NCBI GenBank assembly: GCA_030765205.1
Contig: JAVCDB010000106.1
Coordinates: 906 to 64,905, forward strand
Direction: 5' to 3'
Source of the DNA: Candidatus Aadella gelida
Lineage (GTDB): Bacteria; Omnitrophota; Gorgyraeia; Tantalellales; Tantalellaceae
DNA: 64,000 bases
Part shown: positions 1 through 9,237 of the stretch, piece by piece
Position numbering within the stretch: the first letter of the stretch is position 1
Layout of the letters: every line of letters begins with the position of its first letter
Made by a program: the position numbers and the translations under genes
Notes under the pieces: generated by a model
What the model was told of the DNA's origin: nothing
The model's input: only the letters and a program-made list of their open reading frames with translations
The model's database searches: none

Positions 1-283
1 CGAGTTTATCCGCTCTGTATGCTAAAAAAACTGTAATGAAAATAACGGAGATAACGGAGATAATAACAAAAAGACCCGGCCGATCCCCGAATGACCCGAA
101 AGCGGCCCCGGTATTATGAACAAGCGTAAGATGCAGAAAATTCTCGATCACGGGACGGCTGTCTCCCGAACGTAAAAGTTTTTCGGCATGAAATTTTAAA
201 AACTGATCCAGGAAACAAATAAACAACGATGTTATATAACATGCTGCTATTTGCCTGAAGATTTTTCTTCCTTTTCCTGACAT
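1..283 (-). CDS. lspA: Lipoprotein signal peptidase II (5' part, truncated by window edge)
   Basis: Manual translation from ATG at 283: MSGKGRKIFRQIAACYITSLFICFLDQFLK...LTLVHNTGAAFG. Contains the DQxxK and NTGAAFG motifs; usual ileS-lspA linkage. Confidence 0.88.
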   Translation of the reverse strand, partial: MSGKGRKIFRQIAACYITSLFICFLDQFLKFHAEKLLRSGDSRPVIENFLHLTLVHNTGAAFGSFGDRPGLFVIISVISVIFITVFLAYRADKL

Positions 284-660
284 TCTATACAATGCTCCGC
301 CTGCGGCATAGCTTTTATACGTTGCTTGGAGATCGCCTGTCCGCATAAATTACATGTACCGTAAATTCCTTCGTCTACACGTTTGATCGCGTCGTCCAAT
401 GAATAAAGTATCTTTCTCTCTCCCTCGGCAAGTTCGAGAGAAAATTCTCTATCATAAAGATCTGTAGCCATGTCCGCCATGTGAAATGAGTATCCCGAAA
501 GATCCCCCGAGGCATCTTTGGAAGATTTATTTAGCGTATCTCCCTTAAGATTTATGAGTTCCTGCAATATCTCGGCTTTTTCTTTAACCAGACCTTTTCT
601 TATTTTTTCAAGATCCTGTTTTTTTAAAGTCTTTCCATTAGAGCTTTTCTTATTAACCAT
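247..660 (-). CDS. TraR/DksA C4-type zinc finger protein
   Basis: Coiled coil with HMADMATD tip, YGTCNLC...CIEC zinc finger. Confidence 0.88.
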   Translation of the reverse strand: MVNKKSSNGKTLKKQDLEKIRKGLVKEKAEILQELINLKGDTLNKSSKDASGDLSGYSFHMADMATDLYDREFSLELAEGERKILYSLDDAIKRVDEGIYGTCNLCGQAISKQRIKAMPQAEHCIECQEKEEKSSGK

Positions 661-664
661 TGGC

Positions 665-3484
665 TTATCTCCTTTCTGCCAGGATATTATAGCATCGTTC
701 GCACAAATCCTGAAAATCTTTATTAGTCCCTACACTCCCCGCGTAGTTCCAACATCTTGCGCACTTTTCACCTTCAGCTTTTTTTATTTTCACACTCATT
801 TTAATATCCTCGATCAAGGACATCCCGTCTTCTTTTGACTCAATTACTGAGACTTTTGATACTTTAAATATTCCAGGCAAGATACCCTTGTTCTCCATAA
901 TAAATTCTTTCATATTTTTATCATCTGAGTGCATAACTACAAGAGCTTCCATAGAACTTCCAATGATCCCATTTTCTCTTTCTAGTTCAAGTGCCTTCAT
1001 AATTTTGTCCCTAAGAACAAGTATCTTTTTCCATTTCCCATCAAGTTCTTTATTGGTCCATGCATCAGTCTCACCCGAGATACCCGGCCAATCAGCCATA
1101 TGAACACTTTCAGCTTTTCCGGGAAACTCGATATAACTCCAGACTTCATCCGCCGTAAATGGCATTATAGGCGCCATGAGACGGTCTAAAACACTTAATA
1201 TGTTAAAAATAGTCGTTTGATGCGATCTTCTCTCCTCTGAATCAGGCTTAAGTATATACAAGGTATCTTTCAAGACATCTAAATAGAATGAAGAAACTTC
1301 ATAAACACAAAAGTCATAGACTTCACGGTATACGCGGTGAAATTCCCATTTGTCATAATACCCTGTAACACGTGTAACTAGCCCTGAAAGCTGTGACAAC
1401 ATCCATTTATCCATTTCTGTTAAGCTGGCCGTTTCTAGCATATCCGTATTAGCATCAAAATCATATAGATTACTTAACAAAAACCTAAAAGTATTCCTCA
1501 TTTTTCTATATCCGTCAGCAAGGCGATCCAATATTTCATCAGAAAGTTTTATGTCACCGTCATAATCGCTTGATGCTACCCATAACCTCAATATATCAGC
1601 GCCATATTTTTTGATAACTTCCTGCGGTTTTATAACATTTCCAAGCGACTTTGACATTTTTTTACCTTCACCATCAACAACAAAACCATGTGTAAGCACT
1701 TCCTTATACGGGGGTTTGCCTTCATTCGCCATAGAGGTTATCAAGGCCGACTGAAACCATCCTCTATGCTGATCGGATCCTTCAAGGTAAAGATCGGCCG
1801 GAAATTTTAAATTCTTTCTAGCTTTAAGAACGGCTCTATGACTAACTCCTGAATCAAACCATACATCCAGAATATCCTCTTCTTTTTCAAACTCTTTCTT
1901 CCCGCAACCACCACAAACCGAACCCTGTGGCAGGAGATCGGAAACTTCTTTCTCAAACCAAACATTAGAACCTTCTTCTCGAGTAAAATCTGCTGCTCGT
2001 TTGATTACCTCTGCATTCGTGAATGTCTCTCCGCAGGACGCACATTTAAAAGAAGGTATAGGTACTCCCCAAAATCTTTGACGGGAAAGACACCAGTCGG
2101 GCCTTCCTTCTACCATAGAAGCAATTCTCTCTTCTCCTCTTTCAGGGGTCCATTTTACATCGTCCTTGATGGCATCCTTTATTTTACTTCTGAGATCATT
2201 ATGATCCACATTCATAAACCACTGTTCTGTTGCTCTGAAAATTATCGGTTCCTTACATCTCCAGCAATGCGGGTATGAATGCATAACGGTCTCTGAAAAT
2301 ATTAATGTGCCAAGCTTTTTCATTGTATCTATGATCAAAGGGTTGGATTCTATAACACCTTTCCCCTCAAAATCTCCTGCCTCGTCACTAAACTTGCCTT
2401 TATCATCAACTGGCATTATTACGGGCAGGAAATATTTCTTGCCTACAATGTAGTCTTCCTGTCCATGCCCCGGAGCTATATGCACACATCCTGTCCCATC
2501 TTCTTTCGTTACATAGTCTGCAAGAACAAGCTGTGATTGTCTATCAATAAAAGGATGTTTAAGATCCTTAAATCTTCCGGGAATATCTTTACCCAGTAAA
2601 GTTTCTAGTACCGCATGGGATTCGGTACCCGTCTTTTCCATAAGGGGCTTTACTAAATCTTCAGCAAATATCAAGACTTCACTATCAGTCTCAACCGCAG
2701 CATATCTAAAATCTGGATGAACTGCTACTGCAACGTTTGCAATTAAAGTCCATGGCGTGGTTGTCCATACAGCAAAAAATGTCGATTTCCCGTTAAGCTT
2801 CTCTTTAGTCTCAAATTTTACATATATAGACGGAGACTCTTTGTCTTCATATTCAACTTCAGCTTCCGCCAAGGCTGTCTCACAGCTGCTGCACCAATTA
2901 ACCGGTTTAAGTCCTTTGTATATATATCCTTTTTCATAAAGTTCAGCTAGAGAATCCAGGATATCCGCCTCATAATCTTTTGTAAGCGTAAGATACGGAT
3001 TATCCCATTCCCCAAGTATTCCTAAACGCTTAAATTCTTCAGCCTGTATCTTTACAAATTTAGAAGCATATTTGTAAGCTTTCTTACGAAAAATAACTTT
3101 ATCGATATCATGCTTTGTAATGTTAAGTTCTTTAAAAAGCTGATGCTCGACCGGTAACCCATGACAATCCCATCCGGGAACGTAAGGAGCCTTATATCCT
3201 AACATAGTGAAATATTTGATACACATATCTTTAAGTGTTTTATTGAGAGCATGTCCCACATGTATATGCCCATTAGCATACGGAGGTCCATCGTGAAGTA
3301 TAAAGGTCTTTTCTGAATCTTTCCTCTTCTCCAGGATAGACTCGTAAAGATTCTCATCAGTCCATTTTTTCAAAGTCTCAGGCTCCCTTTGCGGAAGATT
3401 AGCCTTCATTGAAAATCCGGTTTTCGGAAGATTCAGCGTATCTTTATAGTTAGGTTTCTCAGACTTTTTACTTTTTACATCCAT
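665..3484 (-). CDS. ileS: Isoleucyl-tRNA synthetase
   Basis: GPPYANG-HVGH, WDCHGLP, WCLSRQR, KMSKS, C-terminal CARCW zinc finger. Confidence 0.98.
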   Translation of the reverse strand: MDVKSKKSEKPNYKDTLNLPKTGFSMKANLPQREPETLKKWTDENLYESILEKRKDSEKTFILHDGPPYANGHIHVGHALNKTLKDMCIKYFTMLGYKAPYVPGWDCHGLPVEHQLFKELNITKHDIDKVIFRKKAYKYASKFVKIQAEEFKRLGILGEWDNPYLTLTKDYEADILDSLAELYEKGYIYKGLKPVNWCSSCETALAEAEVEYEDKESPSIYVKFETKEKLNGKSTFFAVWTTTPWTLIANVAVAVHPDFRYAAVETDSEVLIFAEDLVKPLMEKTGTESHAVLETLLGKDIPGRFKDLKHPFIDRQSQLVLADYVTKEDGTGCVHIAPGHGQEDYIVGKKYFLPVIMPVDDKGKFSDEAGDFEGKGVIESNPLIIDTMKKLGTLIFSETVMHSYPHCWRCKEPIIFRATEQWFMNVDHNDLRSKIKDAIKDDVKWTPERGEERIASMVEGRPDWCLSRQRFWGVPIPSFKCASCGETFTNAEVIKRAADFTREEGSNVWFEKEVSDLLPQGSVCGGCGKKEFEKEEDILDVWFDSGVSHRAVLKARKNLKFPADLYLEGSDQHRGWFQSALITSMANEGKPPYKEVLTHGFVVDGEGKKMSKSLGNVIKPQEVIKKYGADILRLWVASSDYDGDIKLSDEILDRLADGYRKMRNTFRFLLSNLYDFDANTDMLETASLTEMDKWMLSQLSGLVTRVTGYYDKWEFHRVYREVYDFCVYEVSSFYLDVLKDTLYILKPDSEERRSHQTTIFNILSVLDRLMAPIMPFTADEVWSYIEFPGKAESVHMADWPGISGETDAWTNKELDGKWKKILVLRDKIMKALELERENGIIGSSMEALVVMHSDDKNMKEFIMENKGILPGIFKVSKVSVIESKEDGMSLIEDIKMSVKIKKAEGEKCARCWNYAGSVGTNKDFQDLCERCYNILAERR

Positions 3485-3531
3485 TTTTTATTTTCTCGCT
3501 CCGCTTGCTAGCCTTAATGCTAGGTCTGTTC

Positions 3532-4395
3532 TTAAATAAACCCTTCTATTATGGGTTTTAGTTTATCTAATGTCTCTTGAGGCACCTGATCTTTAGGTGT
3601 GATTATTGTGTTCTCTAAAGCCTTCGAACATCCACAGGCAGAACATTCTGACATATTACTGATAGTATTGATCAACATCTTCTTGGCTGTCTCAACGTTC
3701 TTGTTCAATGTTTCTATGATCATCTCTATGGTTACGCTTTCCGATCCGTCTTCTGTCCTCCAGCAATCATAATCTGTTACCATCGCCATCGTAGAGTAAC
3801 ATATACCTGCTTCTCTTGCTAAACGTGCCTCGGGCATATTTGTCATGCCAATAATATCCATACCCCACTTTCGATAAAGTTCTGATTCCGCTCTTGTAGA
3901 AAATGCCGGACCCTCCATATTCAAATATGTCCCTCCGTCATGTATTTTCACTTCAAGGTCTTTATTGCTCCTCATAATCAGATCTTTAAGAGAAAGACAA
4001 ACCGGATCCGCAAAAGGAACATGTGCCACTATTCCATCTCCAAAAAAAGTAGTCGCGCGAGCCTGGTTTGTTCTATCAACAAATTGATCCACAAGCAAAA
4101 CGTCCAACGGACGTATCTCTTCTTTTAGGCTTCCCACAGCCGAAACTGAGATCAATTTATCCACACCCAAAACTTTAAACGCGTAAATGTTTGCTCTAAA
4201 ATTTATTTCACTAGGCATAACCCGGTGTCCGCGTCCATGCCTTGGAAGAAATACAACTTCCTGATTTCCCATCTTTCCGACAACAAATTCATCGGATGGT
4301 TCCCCGAATGGTGTCTTGACTTTTTTTCGTTCGGTAACTTCAAGACCTTCAAGATTATAAAGCGCACTTCCACCGATAATTCCTATTTTATTCAT
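3532..4395 (-). CDS. mtnP: S-methyl-5'-thioadenosine phosphorylase
   Basis: IGIIGGS, TPFG, PRHG, EGPAFSTRAES, GMT, VTDYD motifs. Confidence 0.93.
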   Translation of the reverse strand: MNKIGIIGGSALYNLEGLEVTERKKVKTPFGEPSDEFVVGKMGNQEVVFLPRHGRGHRVMPSEINFRANIYAFKVLGVDKLISVSAVGSLKEEIRPLDVLLVDQFVDRTNQARATTFFGDGIVAHVPFADPVCLSLKDLIMRSNKDLEVKIHDGGTYLNMEGPAFSTRAESELYRKWGMDIIGMTNMPEARLAREAGICYSTMAMVTDYDCWRTEDGSESVTIEMIIETLNKNVETAKKMLINTISNMSECSACGCSKALENTIITPKDQVPQETLDKLKPIIEGFI

Positions 4396-4403
4396 ATGCT
4401 TGC

Positions 4404-4625
4404 CTATTTATTTATTGCTATTACCTTATTCCTTGATGTCGTTCCCTTGATAATAGTTACATCCCTTTTTTTAACACCATATTCTTTTGCCAAGAGATCT
4501 ATAACGGCCTTGTTGGCTTTGCCTTTATCCGGGGCGGCATTTATATAGACTTTCACGATCTCTTCCGACCGTACAACCTTCTCTGTTTTCGATTTAGGAA
4601 AAACCTTTATTTCGAGTTTCATCAT
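4404..4625 (-). CDS. DUF167/YggU family protein
   Basis: APDKGKANKAVIDLLA...GTTSRNK; next to yggT. Confidence 0.88.
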   Translation of the reverse strand: MMKLEIKVFPKSKTEKVVRSEEIVKVYINAAPDKGKANKAVIDLLAKEYGVKKRDVTIIKGTTSRNKVIAINK

Positions 4626-4918
4626 CCAAGCCTATTGGCTATTTGGTACAAAATATTTACGACAAAACTTTTCACAACATTAAGAGCTATAAAGGCTACA
4701 ATAGGTGAAAAATCTATCCCTCCCGCCTGTAAAGGAAGTCTTCTGAACGGTGCCAGTATGGGGTCCGTTACTTTGTATATAATTCTCACTATCTCATTAT
4801 ACGTATCTGCCCCTACCCAAGAGAGGATTATCCTCGCAACTAGCAGAAAATATACTATATTTAAAACTAGAGAGATCAAAAGTGCCAAACTTCTGATTAT
4901 TTCTCCAAGAATGAACAT
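4622..4918 (-). CDS. yggT: YggT family membrane protein
   Basis: ARIILSWV...TDPILAPFRR...GIDFSPI. Confidence 0.92.
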   Translation of the reverse strand: MFILGEIIRSLALLISLVLNIVYFLLVARIILSWVGADTYNEIVRIIYKVTDPILAPFRRLPLQAGGIDFSPIVAFIALNVVKSFVVNILYQIANRLG

Positions 4919-4920
4919 GT

Positions 4921-5718
4921 TTACCCTCCTGATATCTCTTTGGACCGATCCTTTGCCATCAATATAGCTTCTTTAATAGCAACCCCGACCTTCTTGTCAT
5001 TAAGAACATTAAGCGCAGATTCGGTAGTACCGCCTTTCGAAGCGACTTTATCTATAAGCTCACTGGGATTTGACCCTGAAGACATTAGAAAATTCCCTGA
5101 TCCTTCAATAGTTCCAAAAACAAGTTGTTTGGCCTTTTCAGCAGAGATTCCCATCTCTACACCGGCCTCTATCATCGCTTGAGCAAGATAAAAAAGATAT
5201 GCCGGTCCCGAACCCGACAAAGCCGTAACCGCATCCATTTGAGTCTCTTCTATCTCAACTACAGTTCCTATGCTTTTGAATATCCCGATAATAGCCTCTT
5301 TATGCTCGTCAGTGATGGAATCAGAAAAAGAAATGCCCGTAACACTTCTCCCAATAAAAGCCGCCATATTGGGCATAGCTCTAACAACGGGGACTTTTCT
5401 GTCTACATACCCTAATATCCCGGAAATATTTACCCCTGCCATAACAGACACTAATACCTGTCCGTCAAGTTTCCCTCTTAATTTTTCCATAAAATCTTGT
5501 GAATCCTGGGGTTTTATAGCAATAAGAATAACATCGCAATTACCAAGGATCTCATCTAGTCCCGCCGAAAAAGCCCCGATCTCCCCTGCAAGCTTGTCCA
5601 TCTTTTCTGCAGCTGCATCGTTCAAGAACACAGAGTCCGGCAAAAGGATATTATTCTTTATTATCCCCTGTACGATAGCTCTGCCCATGTTCCCGCAACC
5701 TATGACACCCAGTTTCAT
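4921..5718 (-). CDS. proC: Pyrroline-5-carboxylate reductase
   Basis: GCGNMG, RAMPN, SGSGPAY, ASKGGTT. Start moved to the ATG of MKLGVIG at 5718. Confidence 0.95.
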   Translation of the reverse strand: MKLGVIGCGNMGRAIVQGIIKNNILLPDSVFLNDAAAEKMDKLAGEIGAFSAGLDEILGNCDVILIAIKPQDSQDFMEKLRGKLDGQVLVSVMAGVNISGILGYVDRKVPVVRAMPNMAAFIGRSVTGISFSDSITDEHKEAIIGIFKSIGTVVEIEETQMDAVTALSGSGPAYLFYLAQAMIEAGVEMGISAEKAKQLVFGTIEGSGNFLMSSGSNPSELIDKVASKGGTTESALNVLNDKKVGVAIKEAILMAKDRSKEISGG

Positions 5719-5922
5719 TTTACCCTGCCTTGTTTGACTATTTTCATAACTCAAGTCATTATATCTACAATGCTTCCGTACCTTTTTTGTGTTTTCTTGC
5801 CCTATACGCACCTTTGCCCACGAGAAGCAATGGTTAAAATTATCATAATCTATCCATTATGTCAAATAAGATTAATATATATAGAGGAACATCCAAATAA
5901 CTGTCCCTATGATCTTTATAAC

Positions 5923-6066
5923 TGTAACCCCAAGGGGTGAGTATTCCATCTTTTTTGTCGAAAAGTCGAAACACGGAGATTTCGACACACCTCGGACATT
6001 ACGTCCTCAGCGCCTCGTCCTTCGGACTGCGGAACTCGCTGCGAATACTCACCCCTTGGGGTTACA
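5923..6066. mobile_element. MITE-like / palindromic non-coding element with perfect 24-bp terminal inverted repeats
   Basis: TGTAACCCCAAGGGGTGAGTATTC (5923-5946) is the exact reverse complement of 6043-6066; internal hairpins; no coding capacity. Confidence 0.7.
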
Positions 6067-6241
6067 AAGCTAGTGCACCGGGACGGGACAGCCACAAAAT
6101 TTTTGATATAATGATTCGAAAATACAGAAATATGAGAGAGCAAAATAGGAAGCCTGGGGGATTCAGTCCGCAAAGGCGGACCTTCCAAGAAAAGATAGCA
6201 TAGCATTCGGGGTTCAACATTTATCTACATATCAATCGCAT

Positions 6242-6281
6242 ATCGGTCAATATGTGTCTATAGTCAATGGTCTATAGTCTA
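6242..6281 (+). repeat. Fragment (right arm) of the heptamer-array intergenic element
   Basis: ATCGGTCA...GTCTATAGTCAATGGTCTATAGTCTA matches the arm at 28026-28073. Confidence 0.65.
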
Positions 6282-6301
6282 CACTGGTAACTAGGGGCCA
6301 C

Positions 6302-7345
6302 TCAAAAATATCTGTCTAGGAAAGTAGTAACGACGTGGCCGGCTCTTTTCATGATACTATCGGACCTATTATACTTTTTTCTTTCATTATACAAATGATC
6401 GATAATGCCAAGTGTTCCAATATAACCTATTCTTTCTTGCGGCAATTTTTCAAAAGGGCGTACCGCGCATATTCCGTTTTTTGCGGGTAATCCAAAAACA
6501 TCTTCAATAGCTTCGATCGTTTTGTCAGGAACATCGCTTTCAGCGGTAACAAAAATCCTTCTGACATTATCAGATCCCGGAACATCTCTTACTTTGTCAT
6601 AAAGTTTTTGCAAAGCCCCCTGATCTATTTCATTCTCATTGACAATAATATCTTTCCCTCCTACCGGAAAAACGCGGCATCCTGACAGTACTCCACCATT
6701 AAAAACCATTACCTCGCTGATATCCTTTCTGATATTCAGAAGCATCGAACCCTTTTGCATATCTTCCTCGGAAAGTATCCTGTACGATGCCGCCAAACCG
6801 GAAAAAATGAACCCAGCTGGAACAAATCCCGCGTCTGAAATGCAGTTATGTACATTGCGAACGGCAGAGGATTTTATTGTGAGGATATTTATTTGTGATT
6901 CCAGTTTTACAGCTTCAAGATTAAGTGGGTTCTTGATCCCCACTTCACCGTCCACGATAAAATCCTGTATAATCCTGTGAAGAGGCTCCCTGTCAAGAGG
7001 TATACGTATTGTCGACGCTATTTCAACACACTTCCTTATGTCCCTATCTAATATCTCATGCCCATGCTTCGATATTAAGAGAGATCCTGATCCTGCCATC
7101 GCCTCAAGAGAAACCGAGCTGATCCCTGCATATATCTCGCGTATCCCACTATTGCCAAGTTTTTTAATGGCTTTACCCACAGTACGAATAGCTTCTGTCA
7201 TATCTGAAACAGTTCCCATAGAAAACCCATCGGAAGGCACACGAGAAAACCCGTCAATGGTATAGTCTCCATTCTTATTCCACCTTACAGCAACAGCCGT
7301 TAAATACGCATCTCCAATATTGATAGCAGCAAACTCTCTATTCAT
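6302..7345 (-). CDS. ftsA: Divergent, shortened FtsA
   Basis: Position after ftsQ; SHS2/1C region (FIVDGEVGIKNPLNL), LAASYRILSEED, C-terminal amphipathic helix. Nucleotide-binding motifs are degenerate. Confidence 0.85.
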   Translation of the reverse strand: MNREFAAINIGDAYLTAVAVRWNKNGDYTIDGFSRVPSDGFSMGTVSDMTEAIRTVGKAIKKLGNSGIREIYAGISSVSLEAMAGSGSLLISKHGHEILDRDIRKCVEIASTIRIPLDREPLHRIIQDFIVDGEVGIKNPLNLEAVKLESQINILTIKSSAVRNVHNCISDAGFVPAGFIFSGLAASYRILSEEDMQKGSMLLNIRKDISEVMVFNGGVLSGCRVFPVGGKDIIVNENEIDQGALQKLYDKVRDVPGSDNVRRIFVTAESDVPDKTIEAIEDVFGLPAKNGICAVRPFEKLPQERIGYIGTLGIIDHLYNERKKYNRSDSIMKRAGHVVTTFLDRYF

Positions 7346-7377
7346 ATCTCCTTTCTCCCCTTAATTGCACCCTTGAG

Positions 7378-7454
7378 ATCCTTCGATTCTCTCAGGATGA
7401 GTTCGACCATACCCCCGTCGCTTTGCTCCGCAAAGCGGAGCAGCGGGGGTGGTC
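7378..7454. repeat. REP-like palindromes between ftsQ and ftsA
   Basis: ATCCTTCGATTCTCTCAGGATGA, followed by GC-rich hairpin GACCATACCCCCG...TGCTCCGC-AAA-GCGGAGCA...CGGGGGTGGTC. Confidence 0.55.
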
Positions 7455-7458
7455 TCAC

Positions 7459-8241
7459 TCACTTTGGTGAAATTACTGCGTCTTCAAACCTGAGGTCGAT
7501 ATAATTCATATCCCTAATGTCCATTTCCGGGTCAGGCATGATCTCTCTAAGGTTCTTCATCTTACTAAGATATCCATCAGAGCCCATTTTTATCTCGACT
7601 CCTTTTACCGACAATATTGTATTCCGGTTATCGGATACGTCGATATAATCAATATTCCCTTTTACTTCAGGCAATATCTTGTCTATTCCTCTCATTAAGA
7701 GAAGAGCTTTTTCCAGATTCTTGTTTTTGACAAAAGTTTCTTTTGCAGGGGATCTGAAGAAAAAAGTTATTCCTTTTATTTTTGTAAGATTTTCGGGAGT
7801 TTCCCCTACGTCGATAACAAACCCTTCTATATCTACAACAATCCCTCCCATAGCATCAATAACAGCTACAGGCTCACGCGCAGTTATATCTATCTCAAGA
7901 ACATCCGGCAAGATCCGTCGCACCTCGACGTTCCTGAAAGTACGGAAATCATTATTAATAAGATCCTCTGCTTGTTTCAAGTTCACGGTGAAAATATTTC
8001 GCCCCGCATATCGTTTTTGTATTTTTCTGTTATCAGAATCTACAATATACCCCTTAACATTGTTAATAACCACTTTTCGAATATCAAAGCCTCTACTGTT
8101 ATACACAAAGTACCTTACTAGAAATCCCATCATAACAATTAACGCTATACCCGTTATCATCAGAATCACGTTCCTGTTCTCGAAAATGGTAACAAATGAA
8201 AACGATCCTCTTTTTTTCTTTTTGTTGCGTTTCTTGGCCAC
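7459..8241 (-). CDS. ftsQ: Cell division protein FtsQ/DivIB
   Basis: Basic N-terminus, one TM helix, POTRA-like VRRILPDVLEI, C-terminal YIDLRF. Confidence 0.88.
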   Translation of the reverse strand: MAKKRNKKKKRGSFSFVTIFENRNVILMITGIALIVMMGFLVRYFVYNSRGFDIRKVVINNVKGYIVDSDNRKIQKRYAGRNIFTVNLKQAEDLINNDFRTFRNVEVRRILPDVLEIDITAREPVAVIDAMGGIVVDIEGFVIDVGETPENLTKIKGITFFFRSPAKETFVKNKNLEKALLLMRGIDKILPEVKGNIDYIDVSDNRNTILSVKGVEIKMGSDGYLSKMKNLREIMPDPEMDIRDMNYIDLRFEDAVISPK

Positions 8242-8282
8242 TTTTCCCCCTATTTACATTTAACTCTTGATCTTTTTAGTAA

Positions 8283-9221
8283 TCATCCTTCTGCGGTGTC
8301 ATCAAATGCCGCAAGAAGCATTTTAACACATAGTTCGTAAAAATCCAGACCCTCTTGCCTGGCTGCCATCGGCAAAAGGCTCCTATGGGTGAGACCGGGT
8401 ATGGTATTAACTTCCAGAACATGTATGTTCTTATCGTCTTCGACTATCATATCCACTCTTGAAAACCCCTTACAACCTAACGCATCATGCGCCTTTACCC
8501 CGTATTTCTGAGCCTTTTCATAAATGTCTTTTTTAAATTCTGCCGGAACAAGATATCTTGTTTTATCTGACAAATATTTAGAATCAAAATCATAAGTCCC
8601 GCCTGACGGAACGATCTCAACGATAGGTAGGGCTCTTCCCTTTAGTATCCCCACCGTTATTTCTCGCCCGGGGACAAACCTTTCGACTATCATATCCATA
8701 CCATATTTCAGGGCTTCCTCTATAGCCTGTTCGATCTCAGTTTCCTCAAACACTACCGACAAACCCATGCTTGATCCTTCTAACCTAGGTTTCACTACAA
8801 ATGGTATTTCCATGCCAAGGGATAATACCTCTTCAAAAGATCTTGCAACCTTGTATTCCGGCGAAGGTATTCCTTCCCGGAAAAATATTCTTTTTGATTC
8901 AAGCTTGTCAAATGCAGCTCTTGAAGCTTCTGGCCCGGATCCCGTATATGGAATCTTCATTTGAGATAACATATGCTGCACCGTCCCATCCTCACCAAAA
9001 GATCCGTGCAGGGCAATAAAAGCTACATCTATTTTGGTCTGCTCGATCGATGAGGCAAGATTTACTTCGTTCACATCACAAAGGATTGCGTCAAGCCCGG
9101 CTTGTTTGAAAGCATTGAAGACTTCTTTCCCGCTTCGGAGGCTTATCTCTCTTTCACTTGATGCCCCTCCGGCCAAAATACCAATTTTGAGTTTTTTTAA
9201 TGCCTCTATCCCTTTGGACAT
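8283..9221 (-). CDS. ddl: D-alanine--D-alanine ligase
   Basis: GGASSEREISL, LHGSFGEDG, EGSSMG, LEVNTIPG. Confidence 0.96.
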   Translation of the reverse strand: MSKGIEALKKLKIGILAGGASSEREISLRSGKEVFNAFKQAGLDAILCDVNEVNLASSIEQTKIDVAFIALHGSFGEDGTVQHMLSQMKIPYTGSGPEASRAAFDKLESKRIFFREGIPSPEYKVARSFEEVLSLGMEIPFVVKPRLEGSSMGLSVVFEETEIEQAIEEALKYGMDMIVERFVPGREITVGILKGRALPIVEIVPSGGTYDFDSKYLSDKTRYLVPAEFKKDIYEKAQKYGVKAHDALGCKGFSRVDMIVEDDKNIHVLEVNTIPGLTHRSLLPMAARQEGLDFYELCVKMLLAAFDDTAEG

Positions 9222-9237
9222 TATTCTTGCCTCCGAA

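Noticed and set aside
5790-5815. yggS remnant (VRIG) upstream of proC
   Set aside because: Only a 4-residue match; flanking residues do not resemble YggS.
5916-6206. ORFs of 88-96 aa on both strands
   Set aside because: They run through a palindromic element, with no motifs or convincing RBS.
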